NCBI GenBank assembly: GCA_965247145.1
Contig: CBDFGH010000006.1
Span: forward strand, 104,778 to 168,777
Reading direction: 5' to 3'
Length of the DNA stretch: 64,000 bases
Origin: Rickettsiales bacterium
GTDB lineage: Bacteria; Pseudomonadota; Alphaproteobacteria; Rickettsiales; JAIXRX01
Below are positions 1-9,077 of this stretch, piece by piece. The position numbers and the translations under genes are program-made. How positions within the stretch are numbered: position 1 is the first letter of the stretch; each line of letters starts with the position of its first letter. Below the pieces are notes generated by a model, which saw only the letters and a program-made list of their open reading frames with translations, was not told the origin of the DNA and searched no databases.

Positions 1-635
1 CTTTGCATGCCGAACTTCACCACGGCGGCGAGCTGGTAATCCTTGATGCGCGGCACCATGCCGACCACGGTGGCGCGGCCATTCGGGGAAATCAGCGTCA
101 CGCGGTCGCCCAAACGCACGCGCAACTTGCGCGCCAGCCCTTCGCCCAGCGCGATGGGGGGAATGCTCGGCGCGTTCATCCAGTCATCGTCCGCTGCGGG
201 CGGAGCGGCCAGGGCACTCAATTCGCCCGCCACCACTTTTTCCAGCACATGCTGTTTCTTTGGCAGATCTTGCGGGCGGAAGGCGGTGGCTTGCGCGCCG
301 CTGGCCTGGCCGTTGGCCGAAACCATCACCTGCCCTTCCACATTCGGCAGGGCCTGCGTCACGCCGGGTATTTTTTCGATGTTGGCGGCCATCGCATCGT
401 AATCCGCGATCGAATCGCGCAGCCCGTACACCGCGATATGCCCGCCGAATCCGATGAAATGCTGGATCATTTCGGAGCGCACGCCGTTCATCACCGAAGT
501 GACCACGATCAGCGTCATCACCCCAAGCGCGATGCCCACACGGGAAAACCCGCTGATGATGCGGATGAACCGATCCGCCGCCTGGGGCTTGAGGTAGCGC
601 TGCGCGATGAGACGTTCGACGGGGGTTAAGAGCAT
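1..635 (-). CDS. lolE: Lipoprotein-releasing system permease, LolC/LolE family, N-terminal part (gene continues past the left window edge)
   Basis: Absent from the ORF track because it has no stop inside the window. My minus-strand translation from ATG 635..633 reads MLLTPVERLIAQRYLKPQAADRFIRIISGFSRVGIALGVMTLIVVTSVMNGVRSEM... This is the canonical LolC/E N-terminus (RY..x..DRF, TM1, SVMNG). AGGA lies a few nt upstream. It sits downstream of proS. Confidence 0.75.
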   Translation of the reverse strand, partial: MLLTPVERLIAQRYLKPQAADRFIRIISGFSRVGIALGVMTLIVVTSVMNGVRSEMIQHFIGFGGHIAVYGLRDSIADYDAMAANIEKIPGVTQALPNVEGQVMVSANGQASGAQATAFRPQDLPKKQHVLEKVVAGELSALAAPPAADDDWMNAPSIPPIALGEGLARKLRVRLGDRVTLISPNGRATVVGMVPRIKDYQLAAVVKFGMQ

Positions 636-664
636 GGATACATCCTGAGGTCGGTGCACGTGGC

Positions 665-750
665 CTCACCCCCCTCCAACCTCCCCCCCTCGAGGGGGGA
701 GGCTTTAAGCCCTCCCCCTTGAGGGGGGAGGGTGGGGTGGGGGTGGGGCC
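665..750. repeat. G/C-rich double-hairpin repeat (CCTCCCCCCCTCGAGGGGGGAGG and CCCTCCCCCTTGAGGGGGGAGGG, then a G-tract)
   Basis: Two near-perfect palindromes at 680-702 and 710-732 between lolE and proS. The same motif recurs at 37735-37758 and 52543-52567. Confidence 0.8.
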
Positions 751-765
751 GCTCGCGAGAACCCA

Positions 766-2085
766 TCATCCCACCAACTTCGCCAATGCCGCTTCGCGGC
801 TGAGTTCGCTTTTCTCGCCCGTGCGGCGGTATTTCAATTCGACCATGCCGCTCGCCGCACCGCGGGGGCCGACGGTGAGTTGCCAGGGGAGGCCGATGAT
901 ATCCATGCCCGCGAATTTCTTGCCCGCGCTTTCTTCGGTATCGTCCATCAGTACCGTCACACCTTGGGCAGTGAGGTCATTATAAAGCGATTCGGCCAGG
1001 GCGCTGGTCGCTGCATCCGCCGGTTTGATGTTGATGATGCCGACCTTGAAAGGCGCGACCGATTCGGGCCAGATGATGCCCGCTTCGTCATGGCTGGCTT
1101 CGATGATACTGCCGACGAGGCGGGAAACGCCGATGCCGTAGGAGCCCATTTCCAGCACCACTTCCTGCCCGTCCGGTCCGGTGACTTTCGCGCCCATCGG
1201 GGCGGAGTATTTTTTGCCGAAATAGAAGATATGCCCGACCTCGATGCCGCGCGCGGAGAGGCGCTTGTCTTTCGGCACCTCGGCCTCGAAACGCGCCGCA
1301 TCATGCATGTCTTCGGTCGCGGCATAGAGCTGGGTACGCGCTTCGGCCAGGCCCTGCAGGTCACCCGCCCAATCCAGATCCGGGCCCGGCGCGGGCATAT
1401 CCACGAGATCCTTGTGGCAGAAGACTTCGCTCTCGCCCGTTTCGGCCAGGATGATGAATTCGTGGCTGAGATCGCCGCCGATGGGGCCGGTTTCGGCGCG
1501 CATCGGCACCGCTTTCAGACCCAGACGGGCGAAAGTGTTGAGGTAGGCGGCGAACATGCGCCAGTAGGCCCGGCGGGCGGAGGCCTCGTCGATATCGAAG
1601 GAATAGGCGTCCTTCATCAGGAATTCCCGCCCGCGCATCACGCCGAAACGGGGGCGGACTTCATCGCGGAATTTCCATTGGATGTGGTAGAGATTCTTCG
1701 GCAATTGCTTGTAACTGCGCACCGAACTGCGGAAAATGTCGGTGATCATTTCTTCGTTCGTCGGGCCGTAGAGCATTTCGCGTTCGGCGCGGTCGGTGAT
1801 GCGCAGCATCTCTTTGCCGTAGGCTTCGTAGCGGCCGGATTCCTTCCAGAGTTCGGCGGATTGCAGCGTGGGCATCAGCACTTCCTGCGCCCCTGCCCGG
1901 TTCATCTCCTCGCGGATGACGCGCTCTATGTTGCGCAACACCATCAACCCCAGCGGCAGCCAGGAATAAATCCCCGCCGATTGCTGCTTGATCATCCCGG
2001 CCCGCAGCATAAAACGGTGCGACGCGATCTGCGCCTCGGCGGGGGTTTCTTTGAGGAGGGGAAGGAAGAATTGGGAGAGGCGCAT
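766..2085 (-). CDS. proS: Prolyl-tRNA synthetase, short alphaproteobacterial type (439 aa)
   Basis: Full-length ORF starting [34 protein letters not shown] with class II aaRS core motifs. Its length indicates it lacks the large editing insertion. Confidence 0.95.
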   Translation of the reverse strand: MRLSQFFLPLLKETPAEAQIASHRFMLRAGMIKQQSAGIYSWLPLGLMVLRNIERVIREEMNRAGAQEVLMPTLQSAELWKESGRYEAYGKEMLRITDRAEREMLYGPTNEEMITDIFRSSVRSYKQLPKNLYHIQWKFRDEVRPRFGVMRGREFLMKDAYSFDIDEASARRAYWRMFAAYLNTFARLGLKAVPMRAETGPIGGDLSHEFIILAETGESEVFCHKDLVDMPAPGPDLDWAGDLQGLAEARTQLYAATEDMHDAARFEAEVPKDKRLSARGIEVGHIFYFGKKYSAPMGAKVTGPDGQEVVLEMGSYGIGVSRLVGSIIEASHDEAGIIWPESVAPFKVGIINIKPADAATSALAESLYNDLTAQGVTVLMDDTEESAGKKFAGMDIIGLPWQLTVGPRGAASGMVELKYRRTGEKSELSREAALAKLVG

Positions 2086-2164
2086 GGGATATCCGAAATG
2101 AAATTCGGCGCGACTATACGCATAGCCAACGGGCGGCGCAAAGCAATTTGCCCCAAATGATTAA

Positions 2165-2198
2165 TAAGAAAACCCCGATCATATGATCGGGGTTTTTG
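2165..2198 (-). terminator. Rho-independent terminator of the AT-rich gene 2217..2675
   Basis: Perfect 10-bp stem AACCCCGATC/GATCGGGGTT (2171-2180 / 2185-2194) with an ATAT loop. A- and T-runs lie on both sides, and it sits just downstream of the minus-strand stop at 2217. Confidence 0.7.
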
Positions 2199-2216
2199 AG
2201 GCAAAAAAGATTCGAC

Positions 2217-2675
2217 CTAAGGAAGCCTTATATAGAATCCGCGCAATTCGTCGGAGTCTATTAATGTATAAGCTCCAATTTTAAGCGTACGCTTCTTATT
2301 GTCCCACTCACTGTCTAGCATGACATCCACTAAAGGAAATATGTGCATGGTCAGTTGGTCAATAAGGCCATTTTTGTCTAAGTAGAATTTAGGTTGGCCA
2401 AACGTGGCAACACAACTCCAATTTTTTCTACATGCGACATTAACAAATTTCGTATCAGGCATTCTAATGCGAAACGTGAAGTATTGTCCTTTTTTTATCA
2501 ATGAATCGATCGTAGTTTTGACCACAATCGAATCCAGATTCAGTCCCGAATTGCCTTCAATCCATTTCTGGACCTCTACGGCTTGTCCAATTCGTAATTC
2601 TTTTGGCACTATGTTCTGAGCGATGCAGATTGTTGTGACCATTGATAGTAATAGCGCTGTGAGGTTTGTCCTCAT
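2217..2675 (-). CDS. Hypothetical secreted protein (152 aa) in an AT-rich islet
   Basis: N-terminal signal-like segment MRTNLTALLLSMVTTICIAQN. Hand count of 2221-2340 gives 49/120 GC (about 41%), against about 60% in the flanks. It has its own terminator and an AT-rich upstream region (2676-2752). I recognise no family. Confidence 0.6.
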   Translation of the reverse strand: MRTNLTALLLSMVTTICIAQNIVPKELRIGQAVEVQKWIEGNSGLNLDSIVVKTTIDSLIKKGQYFTFRIRMPDTKFVNVACRKNWSCVATFGQPKFYLDKNGLIDQLTMHIFPLVDVMLDSEWDNKKRTLKIGAYTLIDSDELRGFYIRLP

Positions 2676-2752
2676 GTTTTTAGTAATTTTAAATAAGACA
2701 GAGTTGTCGTACTCAAAGAGTTTAATATATCTTCATGAAAGTTTGATGACGC

Positions 2753-3121
2753 TTAATCCGGGCAGGCATCCGGGGGAGATAGCGGTTCCCTGTTCAACGT
2801 GGCCTGATTCCCCCGCACCTGCACCTGACCGAAGCTCGCGAAGCTGCCCGCTTTCTGCGCAGCCTTATTGCCGGTGACCTGGCCCAGCGGGATATCCAGC
2901 GAGACGGTCGGGTTTTCCAGTTGAGCGCTGGCGGCGGCGGGTTGGCCGAGATCGGCGGGCGCGAGGCGGTTGCCCGAGGCGTCGATCCCGCCTTGGTAGG
3001 CCACATCCGGCGCGGTGGTGGCGGCCACGCGGTCGCGGCAGGGGCGCACATCCACTCGGGTGGGGGTTTGTGCGCAGGCGAGGCCGGGGGCGATCAGCGC
3101 GGCGAGCAGCAGATATTTCAT
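2753..3121 (-). CDS. Hypothetical secreted protein (122 aa)
   Basis: I trimmed track ORF 2753..3574 to the internal ATG at 3121, which gives MKYLLLAALIAPGLACAQ, a signal peptide. Its start overlaps the upstream stop in an ATGA (3118-3121). Confidence 0.55.
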   Translation of the reverse strand: MKYLLLAALIAPGLACAQTPTRVDVRPCRDRVAATTAPDVAYQGGIDASGNRLAPADLGQPAAASAQLENPTVSLDIPLGQVTGNKAAQKAGSFASFGQVQVRGNQATLNREPLSPPDACPD

Positions 3122-3336
3122 AGCGGCGCTCCGTGGCGGTGCCAATAGACGACGAGGGCGGTGAGGCAGGCGGCGAGCAGCGTGTTGGCCACCAGTTTCC
3201 ACTTCAGATTCGCCCGTTTCGGCGCGCTCAGCGGCTGGCCGGGCACGGGGGCGTGGTCCCTCTCGAAACCGATGGACAGCCAGGGATACAAAGTGACGAA
3301 CCAGATGGTGACGAAGATGGCGGCGGTGAGGAGCAT
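3118..3336 (-). CDS. Hypothetical small membrane protein (72 aa, two hydrophobic helices)
   Basis: MLLTAAIFVTIWFVTLYPWL ... LVANTLLAACLTALVVYW. The stop is coupled to the next gene by an ATGA overlap. Confidence 0.5.
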   Translation of the reverse strand: MLLTAAIFVTIWFVTLYPWLSIGFERDHAPVPGQPLSAPKRANLKWKLVANTLLAACLTALVVYWHRHGAPL

Positions 3337-3478
3337 GATGCTTGATCGTTCCGTGGGTTAGAGAGCCAGAGCAGCGGCGGCTGTCATAAAAGCTTAACAC
3401 TGGCGAGACGTCGCCCGCGTTATACTGCAAGGGTACTCTTCTGCCCGCTTTTCCGCCAGTCACACTTTTCATGCAGCG

Positions 3479-5338
3479 ATGATCGATCCCACCCATAGTA
3501 TCAACGACACGGTGCACGTTCCCGAAGAGGGGACGCACAAATACCGTGACTTCTGGGGCGCGTATAAAGGCCATGTGCTCGGCCTGATGCGCGGCACCCT
3601 GAGCGGCGGCCTGTTGGGCGCGCTGATGGGCGGCGCTTTCGTGGGGCTTGCCCTACTCGCGGGCATGACGCTGGCCGCACCCTTGGCCGTGGTGGCGGGA
3701 TTTTCGGTGCTCGGCATCTTCGTGGGTGGCGATATCATGGGACGAGCGGGCTATTCCGCCGGTGTGGCCGCCGCCGACAAAGCGGAGATGGAACTGCGCA
3801 TGCGCTATCCCGGCTCCGGCACCGGCATCGTGCGCGATCCGCTGAACCCGCCGATGGGCGAAGGCCACCATTACGAAGTGCCGCCCGAACGCGACGAAGG
3901 CAAATGGTATCATTGGCAGACCGGATTGCCGATGACCGTGCTGGGCCTGGGCGTGGGCGCGCTCGCCGCTTTCGCCTTCACCGGCCTGGTCGGGCCGCTG
4001 ATCGCCGCCGCCGGAGCGGCCAAGGGTGTATTGGCTGTCGGTGCCGCAGCCAAGGTTGCCACGGCGGGCAGCATGATCGCCGAACATGGTGTGGTGCATC
4101 TCATCGCCGAACACGGCATCGGGCTGGCCAGTTCGCTGCTGCCCTTCATGGGTGGCACGCTCGGCTTTTCCTACGGTGTCAACCGCGCGCGTTTCAAGGA
4201 CGTGTTCAACCCGATCGACCGCGTGCTGGATGGCGGCCTCATCCGTTCCCGCGCCAAAACGCTGGAACTCGAAAGCTATCAACAGGAACTGACCCCTGAG
4301 GCAGAGCACGGCAAGAACCACCCGACCATCAACACGCTGCAGCGCCAGGAAGAAGGCCACCGGCTGTTCTACGATTATTTCGAGCGCTCCTTCTGGCGCG
4401 CCACGCGCGACAGCATCAAAGGCAGTCTCGACGGCGGTCTGGTGGGCGGCCTGCTTGGGGTCACCATGGGCGCGCTCAGCTTCCTGATTCCGCCACTCAT
4501 TCCCTTCGCCCCGGTCATCACCGCGCTGGTCGCTGGCCTGGGCGCGCATGAGGGGATGAAAATCTTCACCGAAGCGGGCATGCGTTCGGGCGCCACATCC
4601 ACTGCCACCGATCTGCTTGAAGTGAAACGCCAGCGGCTGCTCAAAGGCCTGGACCCGGAAATGGATATGCCGGACGGGCGCGGCAAAGACACCCGTTTCA
4701 ATATCAAGCGTGCTTTGTTCGGTGCGGCGATCGGTCTGGTCGTCGGCGCGGCGATGTTCTCGGTCATGGGGCCCTTGGTGGCGCTTACAGGCCTTGGCGT
4801 CACCGCAGGTTCGGGCTTGGCCGCAATGGCTACCGGGCTACTCGGCACGGCGGGCGTGCCGCTACTGGCGGGCGGCATCGCGGGCATGCTTGCGGGTGCG
4901 GTGGCGGGGGTCAGCAGCCGTACGCTGAAAAGCATGGCCGGGTTGGCGGACAGCATTTACGAAGGCCGCATTTTGAAGGGCGATATTTTTCACCATACGC
5001 AAGAGCCTTGCCGCCTGCCCTATCTCGCACCCAATTCGCCCTGGCTGCCCACCGAAGGCACCGCGCAGGACCGCGCGACGGAACTGACCACCACCGTGCT
5101 GCAGCCCAAGCCCTATCAACCGGGCATGGTGCAGGCCGCACCTGAGCCCGATGCTGCCATTGCGCCGGAACCATCTCCCCGCCCCGCGCAACCGGATTAT
5201 CCCGTCTCCGCCCCCATGGCGCAGCGCGTGCAGCACCTGATCCGCGAGCGCGAGCAGAACAATGCCAGCGCCATGCAGCGCGAAGACGAGCGCAAGGTGA
5301 AGCGCGAGGCGCAGACGTCGGTGGTGATCGGCGTTTAG
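3479..5338 (+). CDS. Hypothetical polytopic membrane protein (619 aa) with glycine-zipper-like repeats and a Pro-rich C-terminal region
   Basis: Natural amino-acid composition, unlike the R/H/G-rich opposite-strand ORF 3653..4549. Repeated segments are RGTLSGGLLGALMGGAFVG, KGSLDGGLVGGLLGVTMGAL and KRALFGAAIGLVVGAAMF. The tail reads PKPYQPGMVQAAPEPDAAIAPEPSPRPAQPDYP. Confidence 0.65.
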   Translation: MIDPTHSINDTVHVPEEGTHKYRDFWGAYKGHVLGLMRGTLSGGLLGALMGGAFVGLALLAGMTLAAPLAVVAGFSVLGIFVGGDIMGRAGYSAGVAAADKAEMELRMRYPGSGTGIVRDPLNPPMGEGHHYEVPPERDEGKWYHWQTGLPMTVLGLGVGALAAFAFTGLVGPLIAAAGAAKGVLAVGAAAKVATAGSMIAEHGVVHLIAEHGIGLASSLLPFMGGTLGFSYGVNRARFKDVFNPIDRVLDGGLIRSRAKTLELESYQQELTPEAEHGKNHPTINTLQRQEEGHRLFYDYFERSFWRATRDSIKGSLDGGLVGGLLGVTMGALSFLIPPLIPFAPVITALVAGLGAHEGMKIFTEAGMRSGATSTATDLLEVKRQRLLKGLDPEMDMPDGRGKDTRFNIKRALFGAAIGLVVGAAMFSVMGPLVALTGLGVTAGSGLAAMATGLLGTAGVPLLAGGIAGMLAGAVAGVSSRTLKSMAGLADSIYEGRILKGDIFHHTQEPCRLPYLAPNSPWLPTEGTAQDRATELTTTVLQPKPYQPGMVQAAPEPDAAIAPEPSPRPAQPDYPVSAPMAQRVQHLIREREQNNASAMQREDERKVKREAQTSVVIGV

Positions 5339-5357
5339 GCAGCTTTTCCCTTTTGTT

Positions 5358-6212
5358 CTATTTGCCCGTGCCGCGATGTATCACCGCATCCGAGGACAAA
5401 ACTGCCCCCGCAGGAATGGTCTCCGCCATTTCCAATGCTGCATAGATCGGCTTGAAATCCTGTAAGGTCGACTCATAGAGCGACTCGAAACTATCGATGA
5501 CGAAATAGCTTTCCTGATAATCGTCGATGCGGTAATCCGTGCGCATTACGCGTTCCAACTGAAAGCCCAAGCGATTGGGCTTGGCGCTTTGCAGACTGTA
5601 TTCCACCTCACCCTTCGAGGAGAGGATACCCGCCCCGTAGATGCGCAATCCCTCGGGGTTTTGAATCAGACCGAATTCCACGCTGTACCAGTAGAGCCGC
5701 GAAATCTGGTCGAGATAGTTCCGCCCACCCAGGCGCAATGCCCGCGTGCCGCCCCGCCCGAAAGTGACGAGATATTCGGCGAAGACGGGATGCATGAGCA
5801 AGGGCACATGGCCGAAGAGATCATGAAAAAGATCCGGTTCCTGCAGGTAATCCAGCTTCTCCCGCGCGCGGATCCAGTGGCTGACGGGAAAGGATTTGTT
5901 GGCCAGATGATTGAAAAAAGTATCGTCCGGTATCAGCCCCGGCACGGCCACCAGTTCCCAGCCCGTGCTTTTGTACAGCAGTTCGTTCAACTCCTCGAAT
6001 CGGGGAATACGGCCTTCCGGCAGCTTCAGCGCGCGCGCGCCCTGCACATATTCCCGGCACGCCGCCCCCTCGATGATCGGCATCTGGCGCCGGTACAATT
6101 CGGCCCACACCGCATGATTCTCCGGGGTGTAACGCTCGTAATACTGCTCCACCGTAAAATCCGGTTTCATATGCGGATAGTCGGGATACTGGTAGTAACT
6201 GGCGTCCTGCAT
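5358..6212 (-). CDS. phhA: Phenylalanine 4-hydroxylase
   Basis: Aromatic amino-acid hydroxylase core (EPDLFHDLFGHVPLL, YWYSVEFGL). I chose the ATG at 6212 because GAGGAGG lies 7 nt upstream; the track start at 6230 is less likely. Confidence 0.9.
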   Translation of the reverse strand: MQDASYYQYPDYPHMKPDFTVEQYYERYTPENHAVWAELYRRQMPIIEGAACREYVQGARALKLPEGRIPRFEELNELLYKSTGWELVAVPGLIPDDTFFNHLANKSFPVSHWIRAREKLDYLQEPDLFHDLFGHVPLLMHPVFAEYLVTFGRGGTRALRLGGRNYLDQISRLYWYSVEFGLIQNPEGLRIYGAGILSSKGEVEYSLQSAKPNRLGFQLERVMRTDYRIDDYQESYFVIDSFESLYESTLQDFKPIYAALEMAETIPAGAVLSSDAVIHRGTGK

Positions 6213-6214
6213 GA

Positions 6215-6568
6215 CTATTCCTCCTCCCAACCGCCATTTTGCGGATCGTATTTGGCGAATTCTCCCTCATCGGTGAATTCGGAAGCGGTCATGCCCGCTT
6301 CGAACGCGCCCTCGCCCTGGGCGGAGAAATAGAGGCCGCGATCGCTTAGCAAGACGCTGATGCTGTATTCGGCATGCGTGAAATGCCAGCCGTCGCCATC
6401 TTCCTGCGCAAATGTATAATCGTTGTCGATCAGCCGCTTCTTCAAGGATTCCCGCTGCTGATGGCTAAAGGGAATCAAATTCTCCTTCCGGTCGAAGAAC
6501 GAATCGTCTCCCGCCGCCTGTTCCCGCTGCTTGGTTTGAACGGTGTAAAGTTCAATGTCGAAACTCAT
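6215..6568 (-). CDS. Hypothetical acidic protein (117 aa) immediately upstream of phhA
   Basis: MSFDIELYTVQTKQ...GGWEEE. The terminal EEE codons (GAGGAGGAA) double as the phhA ribosome-binding site. No pterin dehydratase (PhhB) signature is visible. Confidence 0.5.
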   Translation of the reverse strand: MSFDIELYTVQTKQREQAAGDDSFFDRKENLIPFSHQQRESLKKRLIDNDYTFAQEDGDGWHFTHAEYSISVLLSDRGLYFSAQGEGAFEAGMTASEFTDEGEFAKYDPQNGGWEEE

Positions 6569-6726
6569 CGGTAATCCCTCAGGCAAGCCAATCGGCGCGG
6601 CATGGACGAAGCCGCCATGATACCATGAAACGATCTTTGCCAAAATGGGGGATTTGCGTTCGGCATGATTGGGCTTTTCTCTTGGCCCGATCCTGGGCAG
6701 AATAGCTCAAACGCCAGGAGCATCAC

Positions 6727-7797
6727 ATGACCATTCACGAAAACCCCATGGGCACTGACGGATTCGAGTTCGTCGAATATTCTTCCGCCGAACCCGCGCG
6801 TCTCGCCGCCTTGTTCGAGCAGATGGGCTTTACCGCCATCGCCAAGCACCGCAGCAAGAACGTGACGCTGTATCGCCAGGGCGATGTGAATTTCATTCTG
6901 AACGCCGAGCCTTACGGCCAAGCGAAACGTTTCAACGAAACCCACGGCCCCAGCGCCAACGCCATGGCCTTCCGGGTGGCGGATTCCGCTTTCGCGCTGA
7001 AGCGCGCGAAGGAACTGGGCTACGAAGTGGTGGAGAGCACTGCCGGGCCGATGGAACTGAACATCCCCGCCCTCGTCGGCATCGGCGGTTCCCTGGTCTA
7101 TCTGGTGGATCGCTACGCCGACAAGGGATCGATCTATGAAATCGATTTCACGCCTTTCCCGGGGGTAGACCAGCACCCCGAAGGGGCGGGCCTCACGCTC
7201 ATCGACCACCTCACCCACAATGTCGAAATCGGCAATATGGACAAATGGGCGCAGTATTATGAGCGTTTGTTCAACTTCCGCGAAATTCGGTATTTCGACA
7301 TCGCAGGCAAGGTCACCGGCCTGAAAAGCCGCGCCATGACCAGCCCGGACGGCAAAATCCGCATCCCCCTCAACGAATCTTCCGACGAGCAAAGCCAGAT
7401 CGCGGAATATCTGCGCGAACATAAAGGGGAAGGCATCCAGCATATCGCGCTCGGTACCGAAGGCATCTACGACACGGTGGAAATTCTGCGCGCGCAGGGC
7501 GTCGCTTTCCTCGACACGCCGGATACCTATTACGAAAAGATCGAAAGCCGCCTGCCCGGCCACCGGGAAGACGTGGCGCGCATGGCAAAAAATCGCATTC
7601 TTATCGACGGCGAAGCCATCGACCGCACCAACCGCGAAGAGATTCTCCTGCAGATTTTCACCAAGACCGTCATCGGGCCTTTGTTCTTCGAGATCATTCA
7701 GCGCAAAGGAAACGAAGGCTTCGGCGAGGGAAATTTCAAAGCACTTTTTGAAAGCATCGAGGAAGATCAAATTCGGCGGGGGGTGGTGAAGGCGTGA
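6727..7797 (+). CDS. hppD: 4-hydroxyphenylpyruvate dioxygenase
   Basis: 356 aa with a HPPD C-terminal signature (GIQHIALGT..., FFEIIQRKGNEGFGEGNFKALFESIE). Divergent from phhA. Confidence 0.93.
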   Translation: MTIHENPMGTDGFEFVEYSSAEPARLAALFEQMGFTAIAKHRSKNVTLYRQGDVNFILNAEPYGQAKRFNETHGPSANAMAFRVADSAFALKRAKELGYEVVESTAGPMELNIPALVGIGGSLVYLVDRYADKGSIYEIDFTPFPGVDQHPEGAGLTLIDHLTHNVEIGNMDKWAQYYERLFNFREIRYFDIAGKVTGLKSRAMTSPDGKIRIPLNESSDEQSQIAEYLREHKGEGIQHIALGTEGIYDTVEILRAQGVAFLDTPDTYYEKIESRLPGHREDVARMAKNRILIDGEAIDRTNREEILLQIFTKTVIGPLFFEIIQRKGNEGFGEGNFKALFESIEEDQIRRGVVKA

Positions 7798-7821
7798 TTC
7801 TCTGCTTACGTTTCGTCCCGA

Positions 7822-8986
7822 TCACGCATCCACCAGCAAAATCTGCAGTTCCGGCGCGAGTTCGTCGAGGATGCCGTGCGGGTCGTCCAGGCGGGTGGTG
7901 AGGGTTTGGACGGCGGCGGCGCCCATGGCCACCCCAAGTGCGGCGGCGCGCGGCAGCGGGAAGCCGCGCAGATAGCCCGCCAGGAATCCGGCGAAGCTCG
8001 CATCCCCCGCCCCGGTGGGGGTTGGTGATCCGGTCTTTCGGCACATGCATCACGCTCACATGATAGGCGCGTTCGGGCATCACGATGATCGCGCCTTCGT
8101 CTCCGCGCGTGATGAAGGCGCAGGGCGGGTCTTCGGTTTCCAGGTCGCGCGCCAGCATCGCTTCCCGCTGCAAGGTCAGGTCGAGTTGCAGATCGGCGAT
8201 GGTTTTCTGCAAGGTCTGGCCGGAGCCATAGATCTCGCGCAGTTCCGATTCGTTGCCCAGAATCAGTTGCGCGCGGCTGCGGATGAGCGCGCGCACCTGC
8301 TCGCGGTGCGCCTCCGGCAGCGGGCGGCGGGTGGGCAAGGTTAGCCACAGATCGCAATGATATTCTTCCGAAAGACGCAGTAATTTTTCCGGCACGTCGC
8401 GGCTGAATTTATTGAAGGTGCTGGCGGCGAACAGCACCACGTCCGAGGCGTGGATCAGCATATCGGGGATCATCTCGGCGCTTAGCCAGCGGCGCGCATG
8501 CCCGTCATCCAGCGTGATGGTGCGGCTTTGACCGTTTCCGTCCACCAACACGCAGGCGGTGGCGTGGGTGGGCAGCACCATTTCACCCGCCTCGTTGGTA
8601 ATCTCGGGGTTGGGCAACAAGGGTGGTTCGATGAGGAACACACCTGCTTTGTGATAAGAATCGCGGATCGCCGCGCTGTGGGACGAATCGCCGATGATGC
8701 CGAGCAATTGGCATTCCGCACGCTCCGGCAGCAGGGAAGCGAGCGTGTAAAGCGTATTGCCTGCGCTCCCGCCCGCGCAGGCGATGATATGGGCGGGATC
8801 GAGCGCATCGAGGAATTGCTGGCGCATTTCGGGGAAAGGGGAAATATCGCGCTTGGCGCCGGGGGGCAGGTTGAAATCCGCCAGCAGCGGCTTCAGTTTC
8901 GGCTGATCGGCCTCCCGCGTGACGAGATCGATGCTGTGATAATCCAGCGAGAAAATACGGGTGCGGCGGGGCGCGCTACGGGGCAT
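7822..8986 (-). pseudogene. PfkB-family carbohydrate/nucleoside kinase, disrupted by a 1-nt frameshift
   Basis: The N-terminal 320 or so aa lie in the frame of track ORF 7736..8986. The PfkB signature-2 region (PTGAGDASFAGFLAGYL) lies in the frame of ORF 7822..8046. The frames meet at a G5 run on the plus strand at 8017-8021. After the shift the long ORF reads R/P/G-rich nonsense. Confidence 0.7.
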
Positions 8987-9077
8987 GCGGCTTGTCAGTC
9001 TCCGAAATGTCTTCTCTCGCGAGTTTGACTGAAAAACGCGGGCGGCTCAAGGTAGCTTTTCAACAATCGTGCAGTAA

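Noticed and set aside
3-669. Track ORFs 3..629 (+), 43..402 (+) and 184..669 (-) as genes
   Set aside because: All three translate to Arg/His/Gly/Ala-rich sequence with no recognisable motif. The third minus-strand frame, which is open-ended and therefore not listed, gives a clean LolC/E N-terminus with an RBS.
2753-3574. 273-aa ORF as a single gene
   Set aside because: The first 151 codons are His/Arg-rich and overlap the better 72-aa membrane ORF. The internal ATG at 3121 gives a signal peptide and an ATGA overlap with the upstream stop.
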